From: Callorhinchus milii | Taxonomy: Eukaryota | Length of the DNA: 64,000 nt | Reading direction: 5' to 3' | NCBI RefSeq assembly: GCF_018977255.1 | Contig: NW_024704743.1 | Location: forward strand, 48,548,001 to 48,612,000 | Shown here: piece after piece, positions 1 through 13,800 of the stretch | How positions within the stretch are numbered: the first letter of the stretch is position 1 | Layout of the letters: every line of letters starts with the position of its first letter | Made by a program: the position numbers and the translations under genes | Notes under the pieces: generated by a model | Seen by the model: the letters and a program-made list of their open reading frames with translations, nothing else | The model's database searches: none | Told to the model about the DNA's origin: nothing

Positions 1-102
1 CAACTATATCTGTTGGGAGCCTGGTTCCAGTACTCTATGGGGGGACAATGGTTTTAATCTCCAGTCCTACTTGATACTTTCAATTTAAAATCTATAAACT
101 GT

Positions 103-355
103 ATCATAGAATCATAGAACCATAGAATCTTACAGCACAAAAGATGGCCATTCGGCCCATCGTACCTGTGCCAGCTCTTTGAAAGAGCTAGCCAACTAGT
201 CCCATTCCTCTGCTGTTCCTTCATAGCTCTGCAATTTCTTCTTTTCAAGTACATAACCAATTCCCTTTTGAAAGCTACTATGAAATCTACTTCCACCAGG
301 CAGTGCATTCCAGATCGTAGCAACTCTCTGGGTAAAAAAGAATATCCTTGTCTTC
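103..355 (-). mobile_element. CR1-type LINE 3' end fragment
   Basis: ATCATAGA-type tail repeats at 103-127, followed by tggccattcggcccatcg and cattccagatc...ctctctgggtaaaaaag, typical of the reverse complement of a CR1 3' end. Confidence 0.7.
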
Positions 356-1616
356 CCCTCTGGTTATTTTGCCAGAAAGGTACCTGTAGAAAGATACCTC
401 CTGATGACTCAGACTTTCTCAACTTTTGGCTGCTGGTGGAACAACAGCAACTTGCATTTATTTAGCACCCTTCACCCAGGATAATGTCTTGGAAAACCAG
501 AGGTGAATCATAGCATTACAGGACCAAAAGGTATTTAAGAACAGAAAATAAGGATTAATACATGTTAGCGGTGTTCACGGAATCATGTTTTAGTCTGTAG
601 CAACAGATAAAACACAATTTGTAGGCCTTTGTGTAGAAAATGAGTATTGCTGCACTTTGAGGGTTTTAGCTAAAATTGACTCATGACCTGGAAATAAAGA
701 CATCACCAGTTTTAAAGCTAACAGTTACCAAGCTGATCAGTGTGGTGCTTGGATGATAACATTGTCTGGGCTTTACTGTTTTTGTCACTTTATAACCCCT
801 CAATTCCATAATGCTGGAGCCTTCAGTAAATCAGATTCTCTGTGTAAATAGTACTATAGTGCTTGGAGGATCATCAGGGAATTGTAGTTCAAATGGGAGA
901 AATACTGAAACTCTGTAAATTTGAACAAACAAGACATGAATATTCTACGAAAGAGTGTGTGCATTAGTAGGTACATCACTAACAATGATTTACAACATAT
1001 ATACATTGCATAAAGAGGTATATGAAAAACATCATAATAATTTCTAAGATTACAAACATTGTATGATATAGTTATGACAGAACAGTAAATCTAGTCAGTA
1101 TTTCTTATAGTTTGAGACCATGTGGAAGTTGAGAAATTAGAATCAATGTAATCATTGAACGTTCACATGTAATAACTTTGGGAGAGAATGACAATCAGCA
1201 ACAGAAGCATTATTTGTTGCTGCAATAAAATGTTGGAATCCTGAGAAGTGAAATTTTTCAAATTTAATCTTAAACACCATTTTCTTACAATTTAAGATTG
1301 TGCAAAGTTTTGTCTAAGATCATGAGATATTTGAGGGCTCTACCAATGTGTAAAACTAATCCTTTGGACCCATCATCTACACAGAGAAACATTGTTATAT
1401 CTCACCAACCACCTTATAAGTGACGTGCAAAAATTGGCCAACTTTCAAGGCAATTGTGTTTTGAAAGGTACTATAATGGAACACAGAGGAAATATAATGG
1501 TGTTCCTCTGTGTTACAGAAATGATTATGCCAGGTCTATAAAGATCTAATTTATAAAACCTTTTTGTAGTTTAGTTTGGTCTTTCTTTTCTTTCCTTTTT
1601 ATGGCAGATAATAAAT

Positions 1617-1893
1617 CAATAATAACCCTTATATTTGATATAGTGCCTTTCATGTCGAGATGATGTTCCAAAGCGCTTCACAGGATTTGCTGTAAAGTGG
1701 TTTGTAGGTGAATGTGGCACCCAATGTGCACACCAATGTCCCATAAAACATCCATTAAGTGAGTGACCAATATTATATGGGGGATTGTTGGCCAGGACAC
1801 CGGGAGAAATTTCCTTCACTTTTTGAATAATGAATTTAATGTCCAACTGAACAGACAAACAGAATTTCAGTTTAACATCTCATCTGAAGAATG
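1617..1893 (-). mobile_element. Deu-domain-type SINE fragment with L2-like tail
   Basis: Shares the (AAT)n-cttgcatttgatatag tail with the other SINEs, plus ggccaggacaccgggagaa...gtttaacatctcatctgaa, which resembles the Deu domain. Confidence 0.65.
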
Positions 1894-2772
1894 ACTTAAC
1901 TGCTTCTGAAAAAAAACCTGCTTGATCAGAGCATTGGAGGAAACTGGGATAGATGCAGACTGATAAATAAATATCCCCACGAGACTTGATGATTTCTATG
2001 CTCCCGAGTCCAGGAATGAAGCCGAGGTTTAATAGTGGAGATACCGGGAAGGAAAAATATTATGAAGTTCCCGCCTGAATGACTATGTAGCTGATTTTGT
2101 GTAAAAGAAAAAAAACTAAACATACTACTCAGACATTAAATTGCGCGAAGAATGAAATTTTCATCGAATCTCAATCTAGACATGTTTTTGGACATTTTGC
2201 TGCAAACAAAAATTAATTCTAGGCAACAGTGAAAAGAATTAGCTGAGAAACACACGGTGCTGAGTTTACAGCCCTTTTCTTTTGCATGCAGATATCCTAT
2301 TAATTAGTATGTCCTCCACGCAGGAGCTACCTTGAAATTGAATATTGTCTGATCTCCTTCAGAGGGGATTTCTTATCATACAGACTGTGACCCTGTCATT
2401 GTCAGACGTCAGCCCAACTGAATATGATATCATCTGGGGATTCGACTAACTGTTATCAGAGCAGCTGAGGTTATCAAAGCAATGTCAGGGGCTTCAGCGC
2501 TTAGGGAAGTGTCCGACAGAAAACTGGGAGGGTGTCAGCGTTCAGAATCCTGGGTTTCGCCTTGGACAGATGTGCCACTCTCACAAACTGAGCTCTGTTG
2601 GCTACCAAGAGGATTACAATCTGAACAATGGAGAGAATCCGAGTCCCTATTGCATTCTGCAGCCATCATACTGGTTTTGATGAGGATAGGAAGTCATACG
2701 ATGGTGACAGCAAATAAAGATTGATATCATTTCAAGCAGTTTTAGGAATTCTCAGTATTAGAGTATTTGGAA

Positions 2773-3212
2773 AATAATAATAATTCTTACGTTTGATATA
2801 TCACCTTATCACATCATTGAGACGCTTCACAGAATATAGTGCAGAGTGAATTGATTTTATATTTTTGTGGGCGAAATTCAACAGCCAATTGTGCACAGCA
2901 ATGTCCCACAAACAGTTATGGATTGAGTGACCAAATTATTGTTATTTTATTTATTTATTTATTTATTTATTTATTATTTATTTATTTTTTGAAGGGATTA
3001 TTACCCCAGAAAAAGCGATCCACCAATCAACTAGCAACCGGGTTACAACAACAACTTTTATATAGGGCCTTTCATGTGGGTAGAGTCCTGGAGTGCTACC
3101 CTACTCTGTCGGGTTACTACTTACTGCTTGGTAAACAGAGGCGTGTGGAGTAAGGAAACTTGCCTAATGTTTTGCCCTGCCAGGAATGCTCTACCCATTA
3201 TGCTATAGGACC
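2773..3212 (-). mobile_element. tRNA-derived SINE, near full length (main family in the window)
   Basis: Aligns by eye with the copies at 18414-18802 and 23555-23925; internal (TTTA)n at about 2945-2990. Confidence 0.8.
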
Positions 3213-3314
3213 ATTATAGGGAGATTGCAGACTGGATAATACAATGATTTAAAAACAAATCACTGCAGACTCATTCTGCCGCTTTCATCTTTAAAAGTTG
3301 AGACTTGATGCCAC

Positions 3315-3570
3315 ATATACGAGTTGAATTGAAAATTGGATTGGCAATAGAATGCAGAATGTTAACCAGAATCGGTTCTATCTGAGGGCACTGAGGGAAG
3401 CTTCATTGGATCTGTTCTGGATCTCCTGCTGTTTCCACTATTCATAAACAGCATGGAGGAGGGAACATCTAGTAATATTATAAACTTGCTGATGAAACTG
3501 AACTGAACAAGGAACTAGCAATATGGAGATTAATAATAGTCAAATGTATCTGAAGAAAGTTAGCTAATTT
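3315..3570 (+). mobile_element. Degenerate CR1 RT fragment
   Basis: Remnants of IENW, GSVL-PLLF and K-ADET-L (KFADDTKL-like) motifs, with frameshifts. Confidence 0.5.
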
Positions 3571-3622
3571 GCCATTAATTTCATGGCTCACGTATGACCG
3601 AAATCATTATAAATTCATACAG

Positions 3623-3775
3623 GCCAGACTGACACTCCAATGCAGTGCTGACTATTGTTGGGAGGCGCCAACGATATGGATGAGATGTTAAACCAAGATC
3701 CCATCTGGCTGTTCAGGTGGGCAGTAAAGATCCCTTGGCATTATTTGAAAAGAGAAAAAGTTTCTTCTGGTTTTC
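3623..3775 (+). mobile_element. Deu-domain SINE fragment
   Basis: ggatgagatgttaaaccaag...gttcaggtgg..taaagatcccttggcattatttgaa, similar to 21764-22012 and 29880-30275. Confidence 0.6.
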
Positions 3776-4029
3776 TGGTCATTCCTAGCAATGTTCTAAT
3801 AGTGCTACGGGCAATGGGGAAGGGGTGATCTAAGTTGATTGGAAATCATGTGCAATACTTCAACCAATTAATTCTCAAATACACAATCGGAACTAAATGA
3901 GAATGCACAGTAAGACAGCTAACTAACTGCAGATACGATAACATCATGTCTATTTAAAAAAGAAACACGCTGTCATTTTAAATGCTCCCTATCTTATTGT
4001 TGGACAAGTAAGAGAGATGTCTTACTTCT

Positions 4030-4345
4030 GCAACCTCCTCAAACCTTACAAACTCACCCAATTCACTCTCCTCGGCAGACTCCTCGGCTTCATCTCTCCT
4101 GTCCTACCTGCTCCACCATTGTCCCAACTCATTGGAACTCCAGCCTGGAGTCCCTATGACTCACTCCATCCCTCACCTTCTTCAAGGCCTTTCTCAAAAC
4201 CTTCCTCTTTGACCCCAACTTCGGTCATCTTTCCCACCCCCTTCGGCTCCCATCCCCAGCTTGGGTGCAAACTCTGGACTGTCCACCATGTTAAGAGGCC
4301 CCACAATCTGAAAAGTGTTATATAAATGTAAATTTGTTGATGTTG
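4030..4345 (+). mobile_element. L2-type LINE 3' end
   Basis: C-rich body with ctcaaaaccttcctctttgacc, ending in gtgttatataaatgtaaatttgttg; similar to the reverse complement of 28776-29147. Confidence 0.6.
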
Positions 4346-4350
4346 TATTG

Positions 4351-4655
4351 TCTTAGAGGGGACTTTATAGATGTAAGTAACATTTTAAGTGGGATAGAAA
4401 AAGTAAACCCAGAACAATACTATTAGATGCATCAACTCGGTAGAATAAGTGGACATAGGTTTAGATTTGCAAAGGGCAATTTTGTGACAGAAATCAGGAA
4501 GTTTTTTTTTAACTAGAGGATAATTAACAACTGGCATAGGTTACCAGGAACGGTGGTTGAGGCCAAGACGCAGGATTCATTTGAAAAAAAACAGCTTGAT
4601 GCTGTGACCGATGGTAGAATGGATATCAAATGAGCTGAAGGGCCTTCTTCATCTG
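4351..4655 (+). mobile_element. CR1-type LINE 3' end
   Basis: LRGD-like cttagaggggac, then ggacataggttt, caggaagttttttt and gtggttgaggc...tcatttgaaa. Confidence 0.6.
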
Positions 4656-7600
4656 AACCAGTCTTGTGTATTGGTCATTCATTTCATGACTATTTGTGGA
4701 ACTTTGCTGTGCATAAAGTGGCTGTCGTGTTGGCCTACAAAATAAACAGTCATTAAACTTTACATTAAAACCGGTTTGAGACGTCCTGACATGAAAAGCG
4801 CAAAATCAAATGCAAATGCACAGGTCATTAATTTAAAAAGTTAGACTGTTAAGCGTATTTAGGAACTTAATAATTTGTTTACACTGCTGGAAATTAAATG
4901 ACATTGTTTTCAGCAGTGGAGCGAAGTGGAGAAAACCTGATTTATACTTCATGCTCCTCATCATTTTGGCTAGCAGCCATTACAAAACCAGCAATCAATA
5001 GCAGAATGTTGCATGTACACAACTTAGTGCCTGCTCAGCAGTCTGAAATTAGATGTTAGAATTTTAATGTTATAAAGAGCTGGATGCACCACCATTATAA
5101 AATAATCCCTCTCAGGGCTTGAACCATCCATTGGATATTGTAGTAACTTTCAAGGGGCTATTTGGGAGGGGAAGCCAGAAGTCATTATCACTAAAGATGT
5201 GTCATGTCTGTATGTTTCTAATACATGTAAACAAAGATATTGTTTAACTGAACTTGAATCTTGCCATTGTAAACGCCTTCAATTTTATCAGTCAATATAG
5301 GAACAATTTTAAAGAAATGCAAAATCACTAGATTTACATGAACTGTACAGCATAGAAACAGGCCTTTTGTCCGGTGTTTATACTTTGCATTAGTCTCCAT
5401 CCACTACTTTGGTTCCTCCTTCCCATACCCTTCTATTCCATTCTCCCTCACGAAGCACCCAGCTGACCAAAATAAACTGTATATCTAGCTTCCTCTTAAA
5501 TACAATTATACTATCTGCTTCATCCATATTAAAAACCTCTTGTATGAAACAATACTTTGCTTGAGTCCCATCATATTTGAGACGTCTTGAAGATGTGATA
5601 AGGTGCTATATCAAATGCAAGAATTATTATTATATTAGTAAACACTTTTACGTTTCTTACACAATAGGTTGTAATACCCTTTCACCCATCATTGAATGGT
5701 CATGAGCTGTCTACCAAATACAGAGAGCATTTCAAACTATAACAAAAACAATTATGCTACCAAATCTTGTATTCCAGTTAAAAGTTAAAATTATTATCCA
5801 ATTCCGAATTCAATCCCCTGACTGGATTGGTTCACAACCTTGTGACTCTCTATTTATCTGTAATTCTTGTATTGCTTAAAGCTAACTGCAAATATTTACT
5901 TGTGTTCAATTGTTTGCTTGTTGTTTTTATGCACTTTATTTGATGGTGGCTAGTGTCTGATCTCGAGTCATAGATTATTTTGCCCAGAACTAAATTTAAT
6001 TTCCTCCCTTGATTGGATTAAGTTAATCTGGATAAAACTAACTTTAGCAACCAGAAGATGAAGAATGCTTATTAATTCATAATTACAATTATACACCAGA
6101 TAGTTGAATCTTTATTTGGAATGTGCATTAATAATCATTTGGTATCTTCTGTACTGTAAAATGGGCTTGCGCTAATATTTGATGAAATGCTTAATCTTAT
6201 AGTCACAATTAATAACAAAAAATGAAAATTTTAAACCACCACATGTGGTAAATGTTGCATCTTAAGTGTTTCAGCTGAAAGCAAATAAAGCTGAATTTAA
6301 TAATCTTTCATCACATGGAATATATTAATATCTAAATGGGATTGAATAAAACATAATTTTTTTACGCATATTCTGAAATATTTATTGCAAAGACTATACT
6401 TCCTGTATTTAATTTGCTAAGAACCCAGGAGATAGTATCTAATGCACAATATGTGCTGTACAAGCTCAGGTTTCAATGCAATCTTGAATTAAATGGAACC
6501 CCTTTTATAAAGAAGAGTTCCAAGCCCTGATGCAGTTTCACTCATTTCGATGGCACTTAATATAGCGAAACTCCTCTTGTAATGACATTTTGATGTGGCA
6601 AATCATGCTTCATTATAAAGGGGTTGCACTACATTGATTGAATTTATCTCTAACGGCAATGTCAGTTTTAAAAAGGTGGGAGAACTGGAAGCGTTTATCC
6701 CCTGTAAACATACATTTGTGAAGTGCTCTCTATTCAGGTTTGTGTAAATGCTGAAGATATGTTTTGAGTGACTGTGTTGACTCTAAACTATGCTGTACGT
6801 ACAGCAATTAATCTTTTCCATTTAAATTACCTCCAACCCATCCACATTGGCAAATTCCCCCCTCCCTCCCTGGCTCCCCATCACATTTGTTTGAACACAA
6901 ATACTAATACTGAGCTGAACAAGGACATGTGGCATGAGAAATATTTGATTGGAAGCTGATACAGATCTTATCATTCTTGTCAAGCCTGGTGACATAGTGT
7001 AACAGGAAAACCTACATCTGCAGCTGTTCTGAGCTACCAATTAGTGTGTTTGTTTATAGCCTTCTCACACACTGGCGCTGGCCACAAAATGTAGGAACAA
7101 AGAGGGGTAGACACATTCTCCCATTGTTCTTCGAAGGTGCCTAAGCAATGATTTCCTTTGATGTCGTTCACCGGTGTTCTCATATATCTCAGGATACATT
7201 TACTCCGTGCTCAGTGGTCACCCAAGTATGGTCACTTCAAAGATTTAGCAAAGTATTTTATGGAGCTGGAAAAGGGCTGTTATTGATTTAAACTGAAGAA
7301 ATCGCTCCAGTCAGTTTTACCTGTGGGGGATATGTGATTAAATATTCTGCTGTACAAATGACAGCAGCAGATCACATTGAAAATAATGTGCATTTGGAGA
7401 TGACCTTAGCATAGCGCCTGCTAACTCAACAATAACCCAGTGTTACTGTTCTGACTTTACAGAATTTACTCGCAAAAGGTTGACATGACAAGAATCTGTG
7501 TATTGAAATGTTATTAAAACTGTATTTTCCCTCGGTTATTCATATCAGGCACTAGTTTGATGCATTATGACAAAGTGGCATTTAGAAACAAAGGTCAAAT

Positions 7601-9797
7601 TCATTTCATTTCTTTTTTATGCTTTCTTCTTACTGCTAGCTAAAATAAATGTTGGAGCTCAGAACACATGGCAGTTTGGTGAATGCACTCCATATTACCA
7701 TTACAAGATCGATTTTCACAATACAGGAGCCTTTCTCAACTACATATTGGTTAGCTGACATCTGTCGTGGTTGTCATGGTAGCATCCTCCCCAGCACCGC
7801 AAGAGGTCAGTCTGGAGAGTGTTCTGACAGAGTGGGTCTTGCTTCTTTTACCTTAGTCACTTCAAGGTTAACAGCCAATGGACCATAGAAATAGGCAATT
7901 ATAGTAGTTGAAGGAAAATGATTTTTTTACAAAACAGAGTACATTCTGTGTCCATGATATCGTTGTTGCCATGGTGACATTTCTCGCATACATAGAATGC
8001 TTCGAATTTTAATCACGGGAAACCTTCATCGTTTCATTCCCTGACCTTTTCTTGTGTTGCTGCCAATTTGAACCATGTTGTTCCGTGACTCTGATAAGAC
8101 TGCAAATGGATAGAGAGAGAGACTACATTGTGGCTTTTCTTCAGAGATATATTTCCAAGCAAAACAAGAGCCATCTTTGCTTGGATGATTGTACGCTTGA
8201 AATTGTTGATTATATGTTTCTGTCTCCCGTTACAGCAAGAATTAAATTGAATTGAAATGATTGTACAAATGGAAATTCTAAGAGATCTTAAGATTTGTTT
8301 TATTAGTGATGTTGCTCACTTGCATGTGGGGAATTTGCAAGGGACTAATAAGCTACATGTGTTCCTAGATTTTTGCCTGTTCTATTAGTATTCAAAAGGA
8401 GCCTCCCTTAATCACAGTAGCTTTCAGCACATTTTTCCAGTCCTATGGGCGATTACACTCCAGTGACTGTAATCACCTTTTTGTTTTACACAAGGTTCCT
8501 GAAAAAAACTAATGTCACCTTATACTTGCAGTTATCCCACGTTGTTTATTTCCTCAATGTCAACATGCTGAATTAAATCTAACAAGAGTTGGATTGAACG
8601 TTCGTCCTTTTGTTTTGTGTTGTCAGGAGTAAACTGATCGTCAAGAGGTCAATTTATTCCAATTTGTTATATTTTTCACTCTTTCTCACTCCTGTCTAGT
8701 GTTCCTTGCATTATTGCTAGCTAAAATAAATACTATCATGTTACTGAGGATGCTACCAAGATCTTTCCCAAACTATGGGGATGAAGGGATTGCCAGATCC
8801 CAATAGATCTCCAACACTGTCTTCAATACTTTGTTATAATCACAACAGTAGGAGGTGTAGTTTAATAATAATAATCCTTGCATTTGATATAGGGCATTGT
8901 CACTTCTTTGAGACGTCTCAAAGTGCTTCACAGAATATATTGTAAAGTGAATTGAGTGTATACTTTATGGTGAAACACTTTAAGCAAAGAGATCGTCAAT
9001 TAAGCGAAAGGCTTTCCTCCCTCCCGTGGTTGGAATAGTAACATTTCTGTGAAGACCTTATCCAACAAACCGACATAGAACTGGATAAAACTCACACAAC
9101 CAATGAGCTGGGTCAAAATTATCAAGCAAAGAATTCTCATCTTCTCTTTCCCTCTCTCTCTTACAAACTATCTTTAATCTTAGAAAATATACCAGTGACT
9201 ATTTACCTCCTTCAAGTATTAAAATAATTTGAGAAAGTTCTATGACAGTGCAACTTAATCATGGAAGGCTGGCTAGCTACCAGAATTGCCTTTTCTCATC
9301 TTATACGATTGACAAGAAGTTCTTTATTTCACAAAGTGTCATGACTTTGATCACTGGAGCAATGCTGAGAGGTACCGCACGTCGTGAATATCCTCATACT
9401 ATAAAAAATGTCTTGTCCTTTGTATTCTTATGTTCCTTTCCCTAGAACATAAGAATACAAGACACGTAAGCTACCATTAGTGTCATAGCTGAATGGTCAG
9501 TTTATATTTACAGCCTGCAAAATAATGCATTTTGAGAAATGTTGATGTACATTCTCATTTTGCCTCTGCTGTTGGCTCAGTTTGGAGGGGAGGCATATTA
9601 GAGAAACTAATCTGGGCCCCATAAATTATAATGCTTCCATTAAATAGGTCTATTTTGTATTATGCAAAATTCATATGAAAAAAGCTTCATACAGAAATTA
9701 GATTCATGACAATATTACAGTTGGAAACTTTCAGCAAAAATTCCTTAAATTGTCCCCCTCTTCCCCCCTTCCCTCCACGTAAGAGGATCCTGACATA

Positions 9798-9865
9798 CAG
9801 TAGAACCCCCATTATAACATGGTAGTCAAGCGTCTATAAAACTCCAGCCCACGTTATAATGGGGC
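9798..9865 (+). mobile_element. Possible TcMar-Tigger terminal fragment
   Basis: TA followed by CAGTAGAACCCCCATTATAAC, with an internal inverted gttataatgggg. Confidence 0.35.
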
Positions 9866-10550
9866 ACGATTGCCGGTCAATTCTTTGCCTGGTGATTGAT
9901 TACATCACTGGATATGCACAGAAAGCCAGCCCACCTTCCATTCTAAAAATGGCTTACTTCCAAGTCATCAAGTAAAGGCAGACATTACCTCCTGCATCCA
10001 GCGAATGTGCAGCACTCGGGAAATGACGTCAGCAGCAAACTGATACCATGGAAGTCGGACATTTTTTAGCACAAGGGAAGCCAGATGGGGGATGGGAAGA
10101 CTCCCCTGGGTCCAGGGCAGATACCTTATGGCTGCTACTAATATATAGGCATTGGATAATGTGACATTTCATAACAGATACAATCAGTTTTGAATTATAC
10201 ATTTTTCTCCACAAAACATCTTGAATGAAGGGATGTTTCTTGTGTTTAATTCTTCTCAGTATCTTTAACATTGTCAGTTATACTTAGTTCAATTCACATG
10301 AGATAAAAATTTCCTTTAAGTCACCTTTTAAAATCAGTCACATATTGTGAAATTACAATGGATATTGTAATCAGATTAAGTCAATGTAGTTAGTTAACCT
10401 TGACTGCACACTTTCATTAAGGACAAAAATACTGGACTTAATACATTTAAAATCTCAACTTATATTCCATATCTTGTCAGATTTGTGTGTTAAAAGGCAC
10501 CGAGAATGGATGGCATAATGGGTTAGGTTCTCTCTGGGTTCTCATCTTGA

Positions 10551-10872
10551 ATAATAATAATCCTTGCATTTGATACAGCATTTATCACATTGTTGAGACA
10601 TCTCAAAGAGCTTCACAGAATATAATTGTAAAGTGAATTCACTGTATTTTGTGGGCAAAACCAGCAGCCGATTGCGCACAGAGGTGGATTGAGTGAACAA
10701 TTTGTTTTTGAGGGATTATTATCCCCAGAAAGCGATCTGCCAATCGATTAACAACGGGATTCCTGTGCACTGTTAGGTAAAAAGAGGTGTTTGGAGTAAA
10801 GAAACTTACCTAAGGTTCCAGGCTGCCCAAGTCTCGAATCTGGGTCTTCTCGCTTGCAAGGAGAGCGGACTG
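10551..10872 (-). mobile_element. tRNA-derived SINE copy
   Basis: Tail, central ggagtaaagaaactt segment and B-box-like tctcgaatc all match the family. Confidence 0.8.
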
Positions 10873-13800
10873 AATCTGTTTCAGATGAAAGAGGTGAAAC
10901 TCTTCTCCTTTTGCTAGCTGTTTGGATTTGACCAGTCTCACACCAAAACTGCTATTATTTTGGATTGGAAATCTCACAAAGAAAATTGGTTATTGTGATG
11001 AACAGAAATGTCATACTGGTGTTTTTCCGAATTTGAGATGGAGTCAAACTGGGGTAGAAATTCCACTTGTGTCTAGAATTACTCTATTAACTTGGCTTTT
11101 CAGAGTGTGAAGAACTTGGCAAATTGTTGAATCCAGTTTTAACTCTGAAGCCCATTGTCTGCAAAGAAAGATTCTTGAAAGAAACTTAACACGTAACCAG
11201 AGTCAAATTTAAACTGTATTTAAAACAATTGACAAATTCTGGACACTGTAAAATGCTAAATGGGTACAGTAAGTCTAACTCCGGGTGGAATTTTACCCCA
11301 AATTGTGGGGTTATGAAGACAGATTTATATACAGCTGACTGCAATGTGCCTGACGTGAAAGTGATGGACACTAACACTTGAGTGCATGAGTGGGAGTGTT
11401 CGCTCCTAGCACTAATACATCTCTCACCTCAAAGAGCTCACATGTTCCCAAATACAAAGGAGCAAAGAAATTAAGATACTATGTTCAGTAATTCAGTAGC
11501 ACGCCCTCCAGTAAAAAACAATGTGTTATCATATTTCCACAAATACACTCACTACACTTGACAACAACTACCTGTAAAATGATTTGAGATGTTTTCGCGT
11601 TATAGGCACTAAATCTGATGTATGGAACATCATTATGCAAAAAGAAATAAAGTTATATTTAATAGTCAAGGCACACATTTCTCAGCACCAATTCTCAGAT
11701 TGGATTTTCTTGACACAGTTATAAACAAGTTTGAAGGTAATGTTTTTTTCATTTCCTTTGGATAGTTCTGTTTGTTCCTGACTGAAACATTTTTTTAAAA
11801 AGCTCTTTTGTTAAAACAAAGTTTTGCAGCACAATAGAAAACTATTAAAGAAAACTTATTAGCTTGAAACAACTATGCCACAGTTAATACTGAACACTGC
11901 AAATAGAGCATTCTTCTAGTATCACTGTTTCTTGGTACTGCTTTTGTTATTTGCTTTAATTAATAAAATAATAATCTTTGCATTTGATATTGTGCCTTTC
12001 ACATCAGGATGACTTCTCAAAGCGCTTCAAAGGATGTGTTACTGTAAAGTGGAATGACTATTTTGTGGGTGAATTCTGAGATAAATTTTAAAAACATTTT
12101 CAAAAGGGTTTCATCTTAATTTTTTTTCAACTTAATTTGTACCTGCTTCCCTGCCCCCTAGGTCGATATATCTCTGTCATCAATGAAAAGGGTAAGGTAG
12201 TTTAAGTCAGAAAAGTCTCATAACTTTCACCATTGACACGCCTTGGGCGAGATGATTAGGCAACTGAAACCTTAAAAGTATCCAATAACAGAGGAGATGT
12301 TTGTCAGGTTACAAATAAATACTCAGAGGAGTTAATTTGGCAGCAGAATATATGGATTGGATGGGTTTATGATAGCCTAAAATTAATTGAGGTCTGAGGT
12401 GCTAGTGTGCTGCCACCACAATGTGTGTGTGTTGTGCCTTAGCATCTGTGCTTACATGGTATTTTGAGGATGCTCACAATGCCTCTCTCCATCTGTAATT
12501 ACTGAAACAAACAAAGAAGCAGCCTTGGTTGGACTGTCCTATAAGCACATTACCAAAAACATCCTCATTCCCAATTACCCTTCACCTTTATCACACTCAA
12601 GCTGATGCTTAATAGGGTGATTGCTATTTACTTTGAACTAACAGCTAATCTGTTAATGATTGATTTTACATTTTTAAAGCCATTTGTCTCTGGCAAGAGA
12701 AGGTGGCAGCGAGCAGCAGCCTTAACCCCGCTGATGAATTGGCATGGTAAAGAGGCAGGATTTGATTCCCACTGTCGAAGGCTTGCTAACGAAAATCACA
12801 AAGTCATCATTGTTAGCTCTGGCTGACAAAACCTAGATAAATATTTTAGTTAAAAACAGAATTTGGGTTTGTGAGAGCAGAAAGGGCTAGTCGAGCACAC
12901 AGGCTATTGATAGCTTGACTCGGTTCCATTAATATTTCAGGAGCTGCGGTCCCACTTGGCCCTGCAAGACACCCAGGCTCCATCTGCTGTCAGCCATGGC
13001 AGGCAGAGCAGTGAGCCAGCTGGGGGCAGCAGCCATGAGCCCCACAATGGTCCATTGACCTTTCTGTGAGACAGATATCATGTGACAAAGATTGCCTCTC
13101 ATAGCAGATGCATTGGAAACAGGAGAAAGTGTTAAATATAACCAGGTGAACGTTGATGAATTAACACTGCAAAAATCGAATGCTTCAGTAATCAGCCAAT
13201 AGATCTGATATTACCAACATTTTTCAGTTTTGTCCAAACCCATTGAGAGTGGTACTTTAGCAAAATCAGTTCCCATTGGCCAGTCTTTTCATCTTTTCAC
13301 AGGTTTTCTGATTGAAATCTTTATTTCCTCATTGGCTTTGTTAGTCTTTATATAAGGCAGACAAAACAGAAACCCGTGTGAAACAAATGTTGTCACAGGC
13401 ACGAGACAAGCACACGTAAAATACAAATAAATATACGTAATCTTTCAGCGCGGATCACATAGGTGTACGTATATAGCCACACTCATTAACAGTCAAAGGA
13501 TTAATTGTGCTGTAGCATTCGAATCCCGGGGCAGACATATTGTCGCCTACCTAGAAACAAAGCTGCAGTTGCTGCACATAATTGGATCATTCAGTTGGTA
13601 ATACAGGGGCTTACAGATCAGCTGGGACACTCCATTTGAATATCAGCTCTGCCATACTGAGGCAGCACTGACAACTTCATTACCTTCAGATATAAAAATG
13701 ACTGCAGGGTAATGCAAATGGCTCTCAGTCATACACACAGTTTGCAGGCAGGCAGAGGGCATCTTGAGACATCACCAAGAGGGAGACAGCTTTTGTCCAA

